Shown: in pieces, positions 1 to 10,293 of the stretch | Position numbering within the stretch: position 1 is the stretch's first letter | Layout: the number at the start of each line of letters is the position of its first letter | Origin: Heterodontus francisci | Taxonomy: Eukaryota | Assembly (NCBI RefSeq): GCF_036365525.1 | Contig: NC_090404.1 | Coordinates: forward strand, 20,715,134 to 20,779,133 | Length of the DNA stretch: 64,000 bases | Direction of reading: 5' to 3' | Program-made: the position numbers and the translations under genes | The notes under the pieces: model-generated | Told to the model about the DNA's origin: nothing | The model's input: the letters and a program-made list of their open reading frames with translations, nothing else | Databases searched by the model: none

Positions 1-260
1 ATAAATATAACAGGGTACTTGACATTTCGCAAAGATAGACAAAATGAAAAATTAGGTAAGGTATCCCTGATACATAATACAGGATCACATAAGGACACTC
101 GTAAGGAAGGATATTGGCTCGAAAGAGTAGGAAATAAAACAAAAACAGTATGGGTAGAAATATGAAATAACAGGGAGAAGCTAAGACATGTGAGAACAGT
201 TTATATTGCTCCTAGCAGGAGCGAGAGTGTTGGATATGATATTAATCAAAGGCAATTAGG
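1..260 (+). mobile_element. Degenerate CR1 LINE endonuclease fragment
   Basis: Translates to NIQGYLTFRKDR...TVWVEI, matching the CR1 ORF2 endonuclease region; contains stops. Confidence 0.6.
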
Positions 261-468
261 ATGGACAATAAATGTTTGCCTTGCCAGAGACGTTGATCAG
301 GAAATAAAAGCATCTTGTAACAAAATGTGCCATTAAACAGCAGAAATGTAACTGCACCAGCCATACAAACACTGTGGCTACAAGAACAAGCCAGAGGCTG
401 GGAATTCTTCAGCGAGTAACTCAACCTCCCTACCCTCCAAAACCTGTCCACACTAAATAAAACCTAAC

Positions 469-1310
469 TTAACTGGATCTGTGCACACGAAATGGAAGCA
501 TGTTGAACTGGACTTGTCCACACTGAAGGTAGCCATGCAAAACTAGGCGTGTCTGCAGTAAATGTAACCCTGATGAATTGGACCCTTCCACACTGAAACT
601 AACTGTGCCGAACTGGACCTGTGCATGCTGACAGTAACCATACTCTTCTCGCCATCTGCACATTAGATATAAATTCGCTAAGCTGGCCAAGACCATATTG
701 GCAGCAACCGTGCTGAATTGGCCCTGTCCATATTTCGGTGGACCAGGTGAAACTGAAGCTGCCCTCACTGAAAGTAACAATACAGAACTGGATCTGTCCA
801 CGCTGAATGTTAGTGTGCTGAACTGGAACTTCCGACACTTAATATTGCCGTCCAGACCTGGTCCAGACCATATTAACATCACAGCACTAATTGAACTGAA
901 CACAACCGTACTGAACCTGAGCAGTCAACGCTGAATACAATTATGTTGAATTGGACTTTTCAACACTGAGAATTATCGTGGCTGAACCAGGTAACACCGA
1001 GAGCAACTGTTCTGAACTAAACCTGTGCAAACAGATCATGACTTTGCGGAACTTGACTTTTCTACACTGCATAAATAACCGCGCCAACCTCGGTCAGTCC
1101 ACATTAAATGTAAATGTGCTCAACTGGACATGTCTTCACTGAATATAAGCATACTGAACTTGAACATTAAAACTGATTGCATGCTGACCTGGTTGTTTCC
1201 ACATAAAACATAGCGTGCAAAACTGCACCTATGCACACTGAAAGTGCCGTGCTGACCTCGAGCGGCCCATACTGAATACAGTGAACTGCGTTGAAGTGAA
1301 TGTACTGTCT
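469..1310. repeat. Diverged ~35-bp tandem array upstream of GPCR gene 1
   Basis: Recurrent unit approx. AACTGGACCTGTCCACACTGAATGTAACCGTGCTG at ~35-bp spacing. Confidence 0.8.
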
Positions 1311-1550
1311 CAGAGTGATTTGGAGTCAAGTGGATTGACACAAGATAAAATGGACTGGTGCTGAATCATGAGCAGGAGCGAGAACTTGGCTGGAATTCCG
1401 TTAGGACCAGAATATCGCTTGTCAGTTATATCTTGTGCTGTAGACACCTGACTCAGCATTAAGGGTTTTAACCCCGAGGATTCATTTTCACCACTGCAAC
1501 CACCTATTAAACTTTTCATTATCATAACTGTAACTAGGATCATATTGTAA

Positions 1551-1728
1551 TCTCTGGGTATTTCACTCGGAGCCGTGTCAGATCCCTTCAAAAATATTCC
1601 ATTCTATCAAAACAAAAACACGAGCCTGGGAGTTGTTGCACTAATCTGTTCGTTTCAATTAGTGCAATTTAATGGAAAAGATCAAACCAACTAATTATCT
1701 CCCTGGAGCCTGACATCTGTTATAAATA
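1551..1728 (+). promoter_or_regulatory. Putative proximal promoter of GPCR gene 1
   Basis: TATAAATA at 1721-1728, ~50 bp before the ATG; CTAATTATCTCCCTGGAG at 1691-1708; TGACA at 1711; CAATTAG at 1656. The block is conserved upstream of gene 2. Confidence 0.65.
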
Positions 1729-1777
1729 TGACAATCTTTGAGTGCAGCTAAGAGCATGCTCAGAGCTTCTGATAGAA

Positions 1778-1847
1778 ATGCATGGATCGGCGAAAGGTCC
1801 TGTGTTTGCCATTTACTATCCCATCCTTGCAGCTATTGGGGTTCCAG
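1778..1847 (+). CDS. GPR139/GPR142-like GPCR gene 1, coding exon 1
   Basis: ATG...MHGSAKGPVFAIYYPILAAIGVP, then a G|GTAAAG donor (phase 1). Joins in frame to exon 2 at 13640, and resembles the GPR139 TM1 segment VYYSLLLCLGLP-A-N. Confidence 0.88.
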
Positions 1848-1944
1848 GTAAAGTATTATAGTTAGTTATACATTCTGGAAATCATTGTTTAGCTATGTCA
1901 CTGCTCTTAATAACAATTCATGCTTCTCCATGTTATGGATATCC

Positions 1945-2335
1945 AATCTCCCCTTTAAGGGGATAATTGCTGTACTTTAATGGGACGATTTCTTCTCTCC
2001 AATTTTTCTAATTTCATCTGTTTTACAGTATATTTTTTCCACTTAACGGTATTATTTCTTTATTTTAATGAAATAGTTTCTTGGAAATTTACTGACTTAA
2101 TTTTTTGATATTAATGTTTTAATTGCTCTCTTAAAGAAGTGTAATTAATGGTATACTTTCTTAAAATTAACAGTTTAATTTCTCCTGCATCCCAGTATCA
2201 CTTTCCACTTTGGCCACACAGCTTATCCCCTTCAGTGGTATCATCTTCCCATTAACCCACGTAATTTATCCTGTTTGAAAGGATAATTTAGTGCTTCTAA
2301 CTTTATAAGTTCTCCCCTTTACTTGTGCAATTTCA
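1945..2335. repeat. Degenerate ~22-bp AT-rich tandem array at the start of gene 1 intron
   Basis: Recurring ATAATTTCTTCCCCTTTAACNGT-like units; counterpart at 28670-28927. Confidence 0.55.
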
Positions 2336-2344
2336 CATTGTAAA

Positions 2345-2585
2345 TTGTAAATTCACATTGTGTTATTGACACTGTTATTGTGGGTGGATTATCACACAGT
2401 TATTACAGTTATCATAATGTGGCACGGTTATTGTGGGTGAATTGTCACACTGTTATTACTCTGCAATGTAGCTCTATTATGTTATTGCTACTGTCAATAG
2501 ATGATCACACTGTTAGCAGTTAGCAGTGTTAGCAGTTCTATTGTGTTATTGACACTGTTACGTGGGTGAATTATCACACTGTTAT
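2345..2585. repeat. ~67-bp intronic tandem array, 5' part
   Basis: Unit approx. TGTGTTATTGACACTGTTACTGTGGGTGAATTATCACACTGTTATCACAGTGTAAATGTAGTTCTAT; resumes at ~4445 after a CR1/SINE insertion. Confidence 0.8.
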
Positions 2586-3349
2586 AGGAACGTAGGAGCA
2601 GGAGTAGGCCATTCAGCCCATCGAGCCTTCCCACCATTCAATATGATCATGGTTAATCATCCACTTCAATGCCTTTTTCACACACTATCATCATATCACC
2701 TTATGTCATTTGTATTTAGAAATCTGTCAATCTCTGCTTTAAACATGCTCAATGACTGAGCTGCCACAGCCCTCTGGCGTAGAGAATTCCAAAGATTCAC
2801 AACCCTCTGAGTAAAGACATTTCTCCTCATCTCTGTCCTAAGTGGCTTCCCACTTATTTTGAAATTGTGTCCCCTTGTTCTAAGCTCCCCGCCCAGGGGA
2901 ACCATCTTAGCTGCATCTACCCTGTCTATCCCTTTAAGTATTTTGTAGGTTTCAATGAGATCACCTCTCATTCATCGCAACTCGAGAGAATACAGGCCCA
3001 ATTTACACAATCTCTCTTCATAGGACAGCCCCACCATCCTGGGAACATGTCTGGTGAACCTTCGTTGCACTCCCTCTATGGCAACGATATCCTTCCTAAG
3101 GTAAGGGGGCCGAAACTGCACACAGTACTCCAAGTGCGGCCTAACCAAGGTTCTAGACAATTGAAGAAAGACTTCACTACTCTTGTACTCAAATCCTCTT
3201 GCGATAAAGTCTAACATACCATTAGCCTTCCTAATTGCTTGCTGCACCTACATGTTAGCTTTCAGTGACTTATTGACGAGGGCACCCAGGGACAGGGAGG
3301 GAGGGACAGGGACACACAGGGGAACAAGGGAAGAGAGGCAACACCACAT

Positions 3350-3788
3350 GGGCGGCACAGTGGCGCAGTGGTTAGCACTACAGCCTCACAGCTCCAGGGA
3401 CCTGGGTTCGATTCTGGGTACTGCCTGTGTGGAGTTTGCAAGTTCTCCCTGTGTCTGCGTGGGTTTTCTCCGGGTGCTCCGGTTTCCTCCCACAAGCCAA
3501 AAGACTTGCAGGTTGGTAGGTAAATTGGCCATTATAAATTGTCACTAGAAGAGGTAGGTGGTAGGGAAATATAGGGACAGGTGGGGATGTTTGGTAGGAA
3601 TATGGGATTAGTGTAGGATTAGTATAAATGGGTCACAAACCACTGACCACCTCCAGGCGCGTATCCATTGTCTCTCGAGATAAGGAGGCCCAAAAAGAAA
3701 AGAAAAAAAAAAAAAGTATAAATGGGTGATTGATGGTCGGCACAGACTCGGTGGGCCGAAGGGCCTGTTTCAGTGCTGTATATCTAAT
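3350..3788 (+). mobile_element. HE1-like tRNA-derived SINE
   Basis: A-box TGGCGCAGTGG, B-box GGGTTCGATTC, central GGGTGCTCCGGTTTCCTCCCAC, and CR1-type tail GGGCCGAAGGGCCTGTTTC. Confidence 0.85.
3634..3714 (+). mobile_element. RTE LINE 3' tail inserted into the SINE
   Basis: Matches the 3' end of the RTE at 42099-42649; A-rich tail; 13-bp TSD AGTATAAATGGGT (3621-3633 and 3715-3727). Confidence 0.85.
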
Positions 3789-4444
3789 CTTTGTACAGCT
3801 ACACTTTATAATATCTTACCATTTACGAAGTACTCTGCACATCTCTTTCTCCTACCAAAGTGGATAACCTCACATTTATTCCACCTGCCACGTTCTTGTC
3901 CACTCACCAAGTCTGTCCAAATCCCTTGAAGCCGCTTTGCACCTTCCTCACAACATACATTCCCACCTAATTTTGTGTCACCCATGAACTTGGAAATATT
4001 ACATTTAACCCCATATCCAAAACAGCGGGGGCCCAAGCACTGATCCCTGCAGTACCCAACTAGTCACAGCCTGCCAACGCGAGAATGATCTGTTTAATCC
4101 GACTCTCTACATTTTACCTGTTAACCAATCCTGAATCCATGCCAGTATATTACCTCCTATCCCATGTGCTTTAATTTTGCTAACTAATCTCCTATGGGGG
4201 CCTTGATCAAAAGCCTTCTGAAAATCCAAGTACACCACGTCCACTGACTCCCTTTTATCAATTCTGTTAGTAACATCCTCAAAAACTCCAACAGTTTCGT
4301 CAAGCATGATTTCCCATTTTTAAATCCATGTTAACCATGCCCAATCAGATCATTATTATCCCAGTGTCCATTTATCACATCCGTCAGAATAGCTTCTAGC
4401 ATTTTACCAACGACTGATGTAAGGCCAACAGGTCTGTAGTAACT

Positions 4445-4885
4445 TGTTATCACAGTGTAAATGTAGATCTGTTGTGTTATTGACACTTACTGTGGGTTTA
4501 TTATCTCACTGTTTTCCTGGTGTAAATGTAGGTCTATTGTGTTCTTAACATTGTTACAGTGGGTGAATTGTCACACTGTTAGCACGGTGTAAATGTAGTT
4601 CTATTCTATTATTGACACTGTTACTGTGGGAGGCTTATCACACTATTATTACAGTGTAAATGTTGTTCTGTTATCTTCCCTGCGCTGTTACTGTGGGTGA
4701 ATTATCACACCGTTATCGCGGTGTAACTGGGGTCCTTCTGTGTTATTGGTACTGTTACCGTGCGTGAATTATCACAGAAATGTCACGGTGTAAATGCAGT
4801 TGTGTTGTGTTACCGGCACTGTTACTGTGGGTGACTTAATCTCTGTTACCATGGTGTACATCGAGTTCCACTGTGTTAATGTTAT
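4445..4885. repeat. ~67-bp intronic tandem array, 3' part
   Basis: About six more copies of the same 67-bp unit. Confidence 0.85.
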
Positions 4886-5067
4886 CGACAGTGGATGTCT
4901 GATTTGCACAAATGATTCACTGATTGAAATTATTCAACAAATAAATAATTACTGACGGAATTTAGTTATTAAATTCAGTGAAAGGGCATTATTAGCACCG
5001 AGTTGTTAACAGAAATATAGCAATGTGGCCGTTTTATGAATGGATCGATACTTATCCTAAACCCACA

Positions 5068-5994
5068 GGACTGGATTTTACGCAGGAGGGGGTGGGGGGA
5101 TAGCCCTGCATCTGCATTTCTGCTCCCCTCCCGCACCCCAGAGCGTGTTTCTTTCAAGTAAAGATTCACGAGCCAAGATCCCCGTCCCTTTAAAGACCAG
5201 GAGCCCATTGTCAGTAGTACAGAGGCTTCAGGTGGCAGTGCTGGAACACAGCACAAGAAGAGAAGTGGAGTTTGCACGTTCTCCCTGTGACTGCGTGGGT
5301 TTCCGTCGGGTGCTCCGGTTTCCTCCCACCGCCAAAGACTTGCAGGTTGATAGGAATATTGCCCTTAGTGTAGGTAGGTGGTAGGAGAGTGGTAGGGAAT
5401 ATGGGATTAATGTAGGATTAGTATAAATGGGTGGCTGTTGGTCGGCACAGACACGGTGGGCCGAAGGGCCTGTTTCAGTGCTGTATCTCTCTATGACTCT
5501 ATGACTCTATAAGAAGTAGGTGGGGTGGAGTCGCTGGGGCCAGTCTGTAAGGTCGCAGTGAGTGGACAAGGGGTGGTGGTCGTGAAGTCCAGGGGATGGT
5601 GTTTCCGTGGATAAACCTGTTCCTGGTGCTGGTCATCCGGGGGCCACAAATTGTCAATGGAGGAGGGCATCTCTTATCACGCAGAGAGGGCACCTCAGGT
5701 TACAAGGCGTCCTCCCCGCAAGATGAAGACCCCCTGCCACTGGCAAGATCCCAGTGGTGGATGGACCAGGCCCTTAATAGGCCATTAATAGGCCACTTAA
5801 AGCCTCAATTGGCCTCAGGGCAGGAAGGCTATCCCTGAAAATATAACTTGACAACGTGGAGGTGATGGGCCATCCGCTCTACTAGCCCCTGGCCACGCAT
5901 TGCAATACTCCATGCGCCCCTGCCCCTCCTCCCCCCCCCCCCCCCCCCCAACCCCCGCCTCACCCCCGTCTAAGGGGGCCATAAAATCCCGGAC
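5068..5994. mobile_element. Harbinger-type non-autonomous element (MITE) with a nested SINE fragment (~5250-5510)
   Basis: Ends GGACTGGATTTTA and ATAAAATCCCGGAC; 3-bp TSD ACA; the empty site is visible in the gene 2 intron (~29441-29470). Confidence 0.75.
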
Positions 5995-6723
5995 ACAGAG
6001 CGCAGTGTTTCTACTCTCAATCTCAAACTCGCACTGATTCAGCCCGGCTCCCCTTTTCCACATTAGCTGCTGCTAACTGTACTCCCGTGACCACCACTGA
6101 GTGCGAATGATCCTTCTGCTCTAAGCCCCTGGCAATGTCCTGGACTGTTCCCGCCTTTAGTCTTATCTCCATATTTATGAGTCTGCGTAACAGGTGGCAT
6201 CTTTCGCATGTGAGTAAAAAAAAAGTTTTAATTTCAATACCCACTATCGGACTAAGCTGATATAATCCTATTTAAATGCAATTTTTTCCTACTTTCCTGT
6301 TAGTTTCCACGTTGGTTGTTGGTTATTGTGGGCTGGATTTTGCAAGCATGCTGCTATGAGCAGTGGCGAGTACGCAAAATGTCAGCCATCCCACATTTGC
6401 AGCTGTGCTGCTGCAATTACACAGCAGGCAACCACGGACCATAATGACGACCATCATCCCCCACAATCACCTGGCAGAGCAGCATTGGCAATGACTTGAA
6501 TGATGTTGGATCAGCTAGTGGCACCGTCTTTAAAAGCCTGCCGACCCTGCATTTACTCTCCTTGCATTCAACACCAGTATTTGGCAGCAATACCTCTTGG
6601 GTTGGCCGTCAATTTTCATCTCAGCAAAAGCCCCCGTGCCACCCCCACCCACCACCCCCCCCCCCCACCACCACCCACCCCCCCCCCCCCCCCCCACCCC
6701 ACCGCCCGCGCATCATTGCAAAC

Positions 6724-6963
6724 ATGGCAGATGTAAAAGTAAGGGTGGTCCCATAGTTCAGTGATGTCTTCCTGCTGATTCTCCTGCAGGCTGCAAGGGA
6801 AAGGCGGCTGGGCCTCTTCCTCAGCGATGGCAAGAAGAGATCCTACCACCTGACCAAGCAAGCCGGGACAGAGACCGCAGAGGAGGTTAGCAGCCGTGGG
6901 ATCACCCAGCATGACTGGGTCCGGTGTAGGAAGAGGGTCACCGACCTCCTACACTCATCCAAG
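6724..6963 (+). pseudogene. Myb/SANT-like DNA-binding domain remnant (Harbinger accessory gene)
   Basis: MADVKVRVVP*FSDVFLLILLQAARERRLGLF...AEEVSSRGITQHDWVRCRKRVTDL, a trihelix Myb/SANT-like pattern with an in-frame stop. Ser/Pro-rich downstream pieces continue to ~11065. Confidence 0.75.
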
Positions 6964-7606
6964 ATAACTTGCGCAGTTCCAGATAGCTTGCTGTGATCTG
7001 CTTGCCCACAAGCATCAAGACTTACGGTTGTCACAGCCATTCAAATGATAGGAAGCTCACAGCATAATGATCGCAGATTACTGACTGCATAAGTGACACC
7101 AGTCTCCCTCGTTTCTATCGCAACCCAATTAAGATCCATGACAGATAGAGTCAATATGAGAGCAGCAACATCCACCAGGTGCAGAGGGACCCATGTTAGC
7201 ATTGATGTGCTGTGGAGACGTTTAGAACTTAAAAGTAACCGCATCCTTGATCTTACAGGAGAAGAAGGCCCCCAACAGCAGGGAGGCAGCCAGCACCAGT
7301 GGCAGGGTTCCCAACCTTCGACCTCTGTCTCAGGCTGAAGAAGTGGGGCTCCAGTTATCCAGGAGCCAAGGAGCATATGCCATATCGGACGTCGAGCTTG
7401 GGGTCCCACTTGAGGAGAGTGATTATTGACAAACACAGAATGAGCCAGAATTAGATTTTATGTAGAAATGCAATGCTGTCATCATTGTGACATGTGTACT
7501 ATAACACCTAACATCTGTACTTCACATTGTATCTTACAAATGCTTGCAGACACCAAGGAAACGATGGCAAACTCTGAGGATGAGTAACACTTCGATGCTG
7601 CACCGT

Positions 7607-10293
7607 TCCAGTAAGAACAGAGAAGTTGGTAAAAGAGGGGGGGGGGGGTGACATTGTTAATCAAGGAGAGTATTACGGCGGCAGAAAGGACGTTTGAGGA
7701 CTCGTCTACTGAGGTAGTATGGGCCGAGGTTAGAAACAGGAGAGGAGAGGTCACCCTGTTGGGAGTTTTCTATAGACCTCCGAATAGTTCCAGAGATGTA
7801 GAGGAAAGGATAGTGAAGATGATTCTCGACAGGAGCGAGAGTAACAGGGTACTTGTTATGGGGGACTTTAACTTTCCAAATATTGACTGGAAATACTATA
7901 GTTCAAGTACTTTAGATGGGTCAGTTTTTGTCCAGTGTGTGCAGGAGGGTTTTCTGACACAGTATGTAGACAGGCCAACCAGGGGCGATGCCACATTGGA
8001 TTTGGTACTGGGTAATGAACCCGGCCAGGTGTTAGATTTAGATGTAGGTAAGCACTTTGGTGATAATGATCACAATTCGGTTAGGTTTACCTTAGCGATG
8101 GGCAGGGACAGGTACATACCGCAGGGCAAGAATTATAGCTGGGGGAAAGGAAATTATGATGCGATTAGGCAAGATTTAGGATGCGTAGGATGGGGAAGGA
8201 AACTGCAGGGGATGGGCACAATCGAAATGTGGAGCTTATTCAAGGAGCAGCTACTGCGTGTCCTTGATAAGTATGTACCTGTCAGGCAGGGAGGAAGTCG
8301 TCGAGCGAGGGAGCCATGGTTTACTAAAGAAGTTGAAGCGCTTGTCAAGAGGAAGAAGAAGGCTTATGTTAGGATGAGACGTGAAGGCTCAGTTAGGGCG
8401 CTTGAGAGTTACAAGCTAGCCAGGAAGGATCTAAAGGGAGAGATAAGAAGAGCAAGGAGAGGACACGAGAAGTCATTGACGGATAGGATCAAGGAAAACC
8501 CTAACGCTTTCTATAGGTATATCAGGAATAAAAGAATGACTAGAGTTAGATTAGGGCCAATCAAGGATAGTAGTGGGAAGTTGTGTGTGGAATCAGAGGA
8601 GATAGGGGAAGCGTTAAATGAATATTTTTCGTCAGTATTTACAGTAGAGAAAGAAAATGTTGTCGAGGAGAATACTGAGATACAGACTACTAGGCTAGAT
8701 GGGATTAAGGTTCACAAGGAGGAGGTGTTAGCAATTTTGGAAAGTGTGAAAGTAGATAAGTCCCCTGGGCCAGATGGGATTTATCCTAGGATTCTCTGGG
8801 AAGCCAGGGAGGAGATTGCAGAGCCTTTGTCCTTGATCTTTATGTCGTCATTGTCGACAGGAATAGTGCCGGAAGACTGGAGGATAGCAAATGTTGTCCC
8901 CTTGTTCAAGAAGGGGAGTAGAGACAGCCCTGGTAATTATAGATCTGTGCGCCTTACTTCGGTTGTGGGTAAAATGTTGGAAAAGGTTATAAGAAATAGG
9001 ATTTATAATCATCTTGAAAAGAATAAGTTCATTAGCGATAGTCAGCACTGTTTTGTGAAGGGTAGGTCGTGCCTCACAAACCTTATTGAGTTTTTTGAGA
9101 AGGTGACCAGACAGATGGATGAGGGTAAAGCCGTGGATGTGGTGTATATGGATTTCAGTAAGGCGTTTGATAAGGTTCCCCACGGTAGGCTATTGCAGAA
9201 AATACGGAAGTATGGGATTGAAGGTGATTTAGTGCTTTGGATCAGAAATTGGCTAGCTGAAAGAAGACAGAGGGTGGTGGTTGATGGCAAATGTGCATCC
9301 TGGAGTTTAGTTACTAGTGGTGTACCGCAAGGATCTGTTTTGGGGCCTCTGCTGTTTGTCATTTTTATAAATGACCTGGATGAGGGTGTAGAAGGGTGGG
9401 TTAGTAAATTTGCGGATGACACTAAGGTCGGTGGAGTTGTGGATAGTGCCGAAGGATGTTGTAGGTTACAGAGGGACATAGATAGGCTGCAGAGCTGGGC
9501 TGAGAGATGGCAAATGGAGTTTAATGCGGAAAAGTGTGAGGTGATTCACTTTGGAAGGAGTAACAGCAATGCAGAGTACTGGGCTAATGGGAAGATTCTT
9601 GGTAGTGTAGATGAACAGAGAGATCTTGGTGTCCAGGTGCATAAATCCCTGAAGGTTGCTACCCAGGTTAATAGGGCTGTTAAGAAGGCATATGGTGTGT
9701 TAGCTTTTATTAGTAGGGGAATTGAGTTTCGGAGCCACGAGGTCATGCTGCAGCTGTACAAAACTCTGGTGCGGCCGCACCTGGAGTATTGCGTGCAATT
9801 CTGGTCACCGCATTATAGGAAGGATGTGGAAGCTTTGGAAAGGGTGCAGAGGAGATTTACTAGGATGTTGCCTGGTATGGAGGGAAGGTCTTATGAGGAA
9901 AGGCTGAGGGACTTGAGGTTGTTTTCGTTAGAGAGAAGGAGGAGGAGAGGTGACTTAATAGACACAGATAAGATAATCAGAGGGTTAGATAGGGTGGATA
10001 GTGAGAGTCTTTTTCCTCAGATGGTGATGGCAAACACGAGGGGACATAGCTTTAAGTTGAGGGGTGATAGATATAGGACAGATGTCAGAGGTAGTTTCTT
10101 TACTCAGAGAGTAGTAGGGGCGTGGAACGCCCTGCCTGCAACAGTAGAAGAATCGCCAACTTTAAGGGCATTTAAGTGGTCATTGGATAGACATATGGAT
10201 GAAAATGGAATAGTTTAGGTCAGATGGTTTCACAGGTCGGCGCAACATCGAGGGCCGAAGGGCCTGTACTGCGCTGTAATGTTCTATGTTCTA
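7607..10293 (+). mobile_element. 5'-truncated CR1 LINE nested in the Harbinger
   Basis: Contains the 856-aa ORF2; 3' tail GGGCCGAAGGGCCTGTAC...TTCTATGTTCTATG. Confidence 0.93.
7648..10218 (+). CDS. CR1 ORF2 (partial endonuclease + reverse transcriptase), uninterrupted frame
   Basis: Motifs GVFYRPP, MGDFNFP, DHN, KSPGPDG, DFSKAFDKV, GVPQGSVLGP, KFADDTK and RPHLEYC. Confidence 0.92.
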   Translation: MTLLIKESITAAERTFEDSSTEVVWAEVRNRRGEVTLLGVFYRPPNSSRDVEERIVKMILDRSESNRVLVMGDFNFPNIDWKYYSSSTLDGSVFVQCVQEGFLTQYVDRPTRGDATLDLVLGNEPGQVLDLDVGKHFGDNDHNSVRFTLAMGRDRYIPQGKNYSWGKGNYDAIRQDLGCVGWGRKLQGMGTIEMWSLFKEQLLRVLDKYVPVRQGGSRRAREPWFTKEVEALVKRKKKAYVRMRREGSVRALESYKLARKDLKGEIRRARRGHEKSLTDRIKENPNAFYRYIRNKRMTRVRLGPIKDSSGKLCVESEEIGEALNEYFSSVFTVEKENVVEENTEIQTTRLDGIKVHKEEVLAILESVKVDKSPGPDGIYPRILWEAREEIAEPLSLIFMSSLSTGIVPEDWRIANVVPLFKKGSRDSPGNYRSVRLTSVVGKMLEKVIRNRIYNHLEKNKFISDSQHCFVKGRSCLTNLIEFFEKVTRQMDEGKAVDVVYMDFSKAFDKVPHGRLLQKIRKYGIEGDLVLWIRNWLAERRQRVVVDGKCASWSLVTSGVPQGSVLGPLLFVIFINDLDEGVEGWVSKFADDTKVGGVVDSAEGCCRLQRDIDRLQSWAERWQMEFNAEKCEVIHFGRSNSNAEYWANGKILGSVDEQRDLGVQVHKSLKVATQVNRAVKKAYGVLAFISRGIEFRSHEVMLQLYKTLVRPHLEYCVQFWSPHYRKDVEALERVQRRFTRMLPGMEGRSYEERLRDLRLFSLERRRRRGDLIDTDKIIRGLDRVDSESLFPQMVMANTRGHSFKLRGDRYRTDVRGSFFTQRVVGAWNALPATVEESPTLRAFKWSLDRHMDENGIV

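Larger units (their letters stand above)
2586..4440 (-). mobile_element. CR1 LINE (RT and 3' end), interrupted by an HE1-like SINE
   Basis: Minus ORFs contain VDVVYLDFQKAFDQ, KFMGDTKLGG, LVRPHLEYCVQF and RRNVFTQRVVNLWNSL. Confidence 0.9.

Noticed and set aside
3350-3430. tRNA genes at A/B-box sequences
   Set aside because: They are heads of SINEs that continue into SINE bodies and LINE-derived tails.
469-4885. Tandem arrays as CRISPR-like arrays
   Set aside because: Units are contiguous degenerate repeats without unique spacers, there are no cas genes, and the context is vertebrate.
4445-4885. CACAGTG in the 67-bp unit as a V(D)J recombination signal heptamer
   Set aside because: No ACAAAAACC-like nonamer at 12/23 spacing, the heptamer is not conserved among units, and there are no Ig/TCR segments.
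6496-6912. Poly-Pro/poly-Gly ORFs
   Set aside because: Artefacts of a C-rich low-complexity tract inside the transposon.
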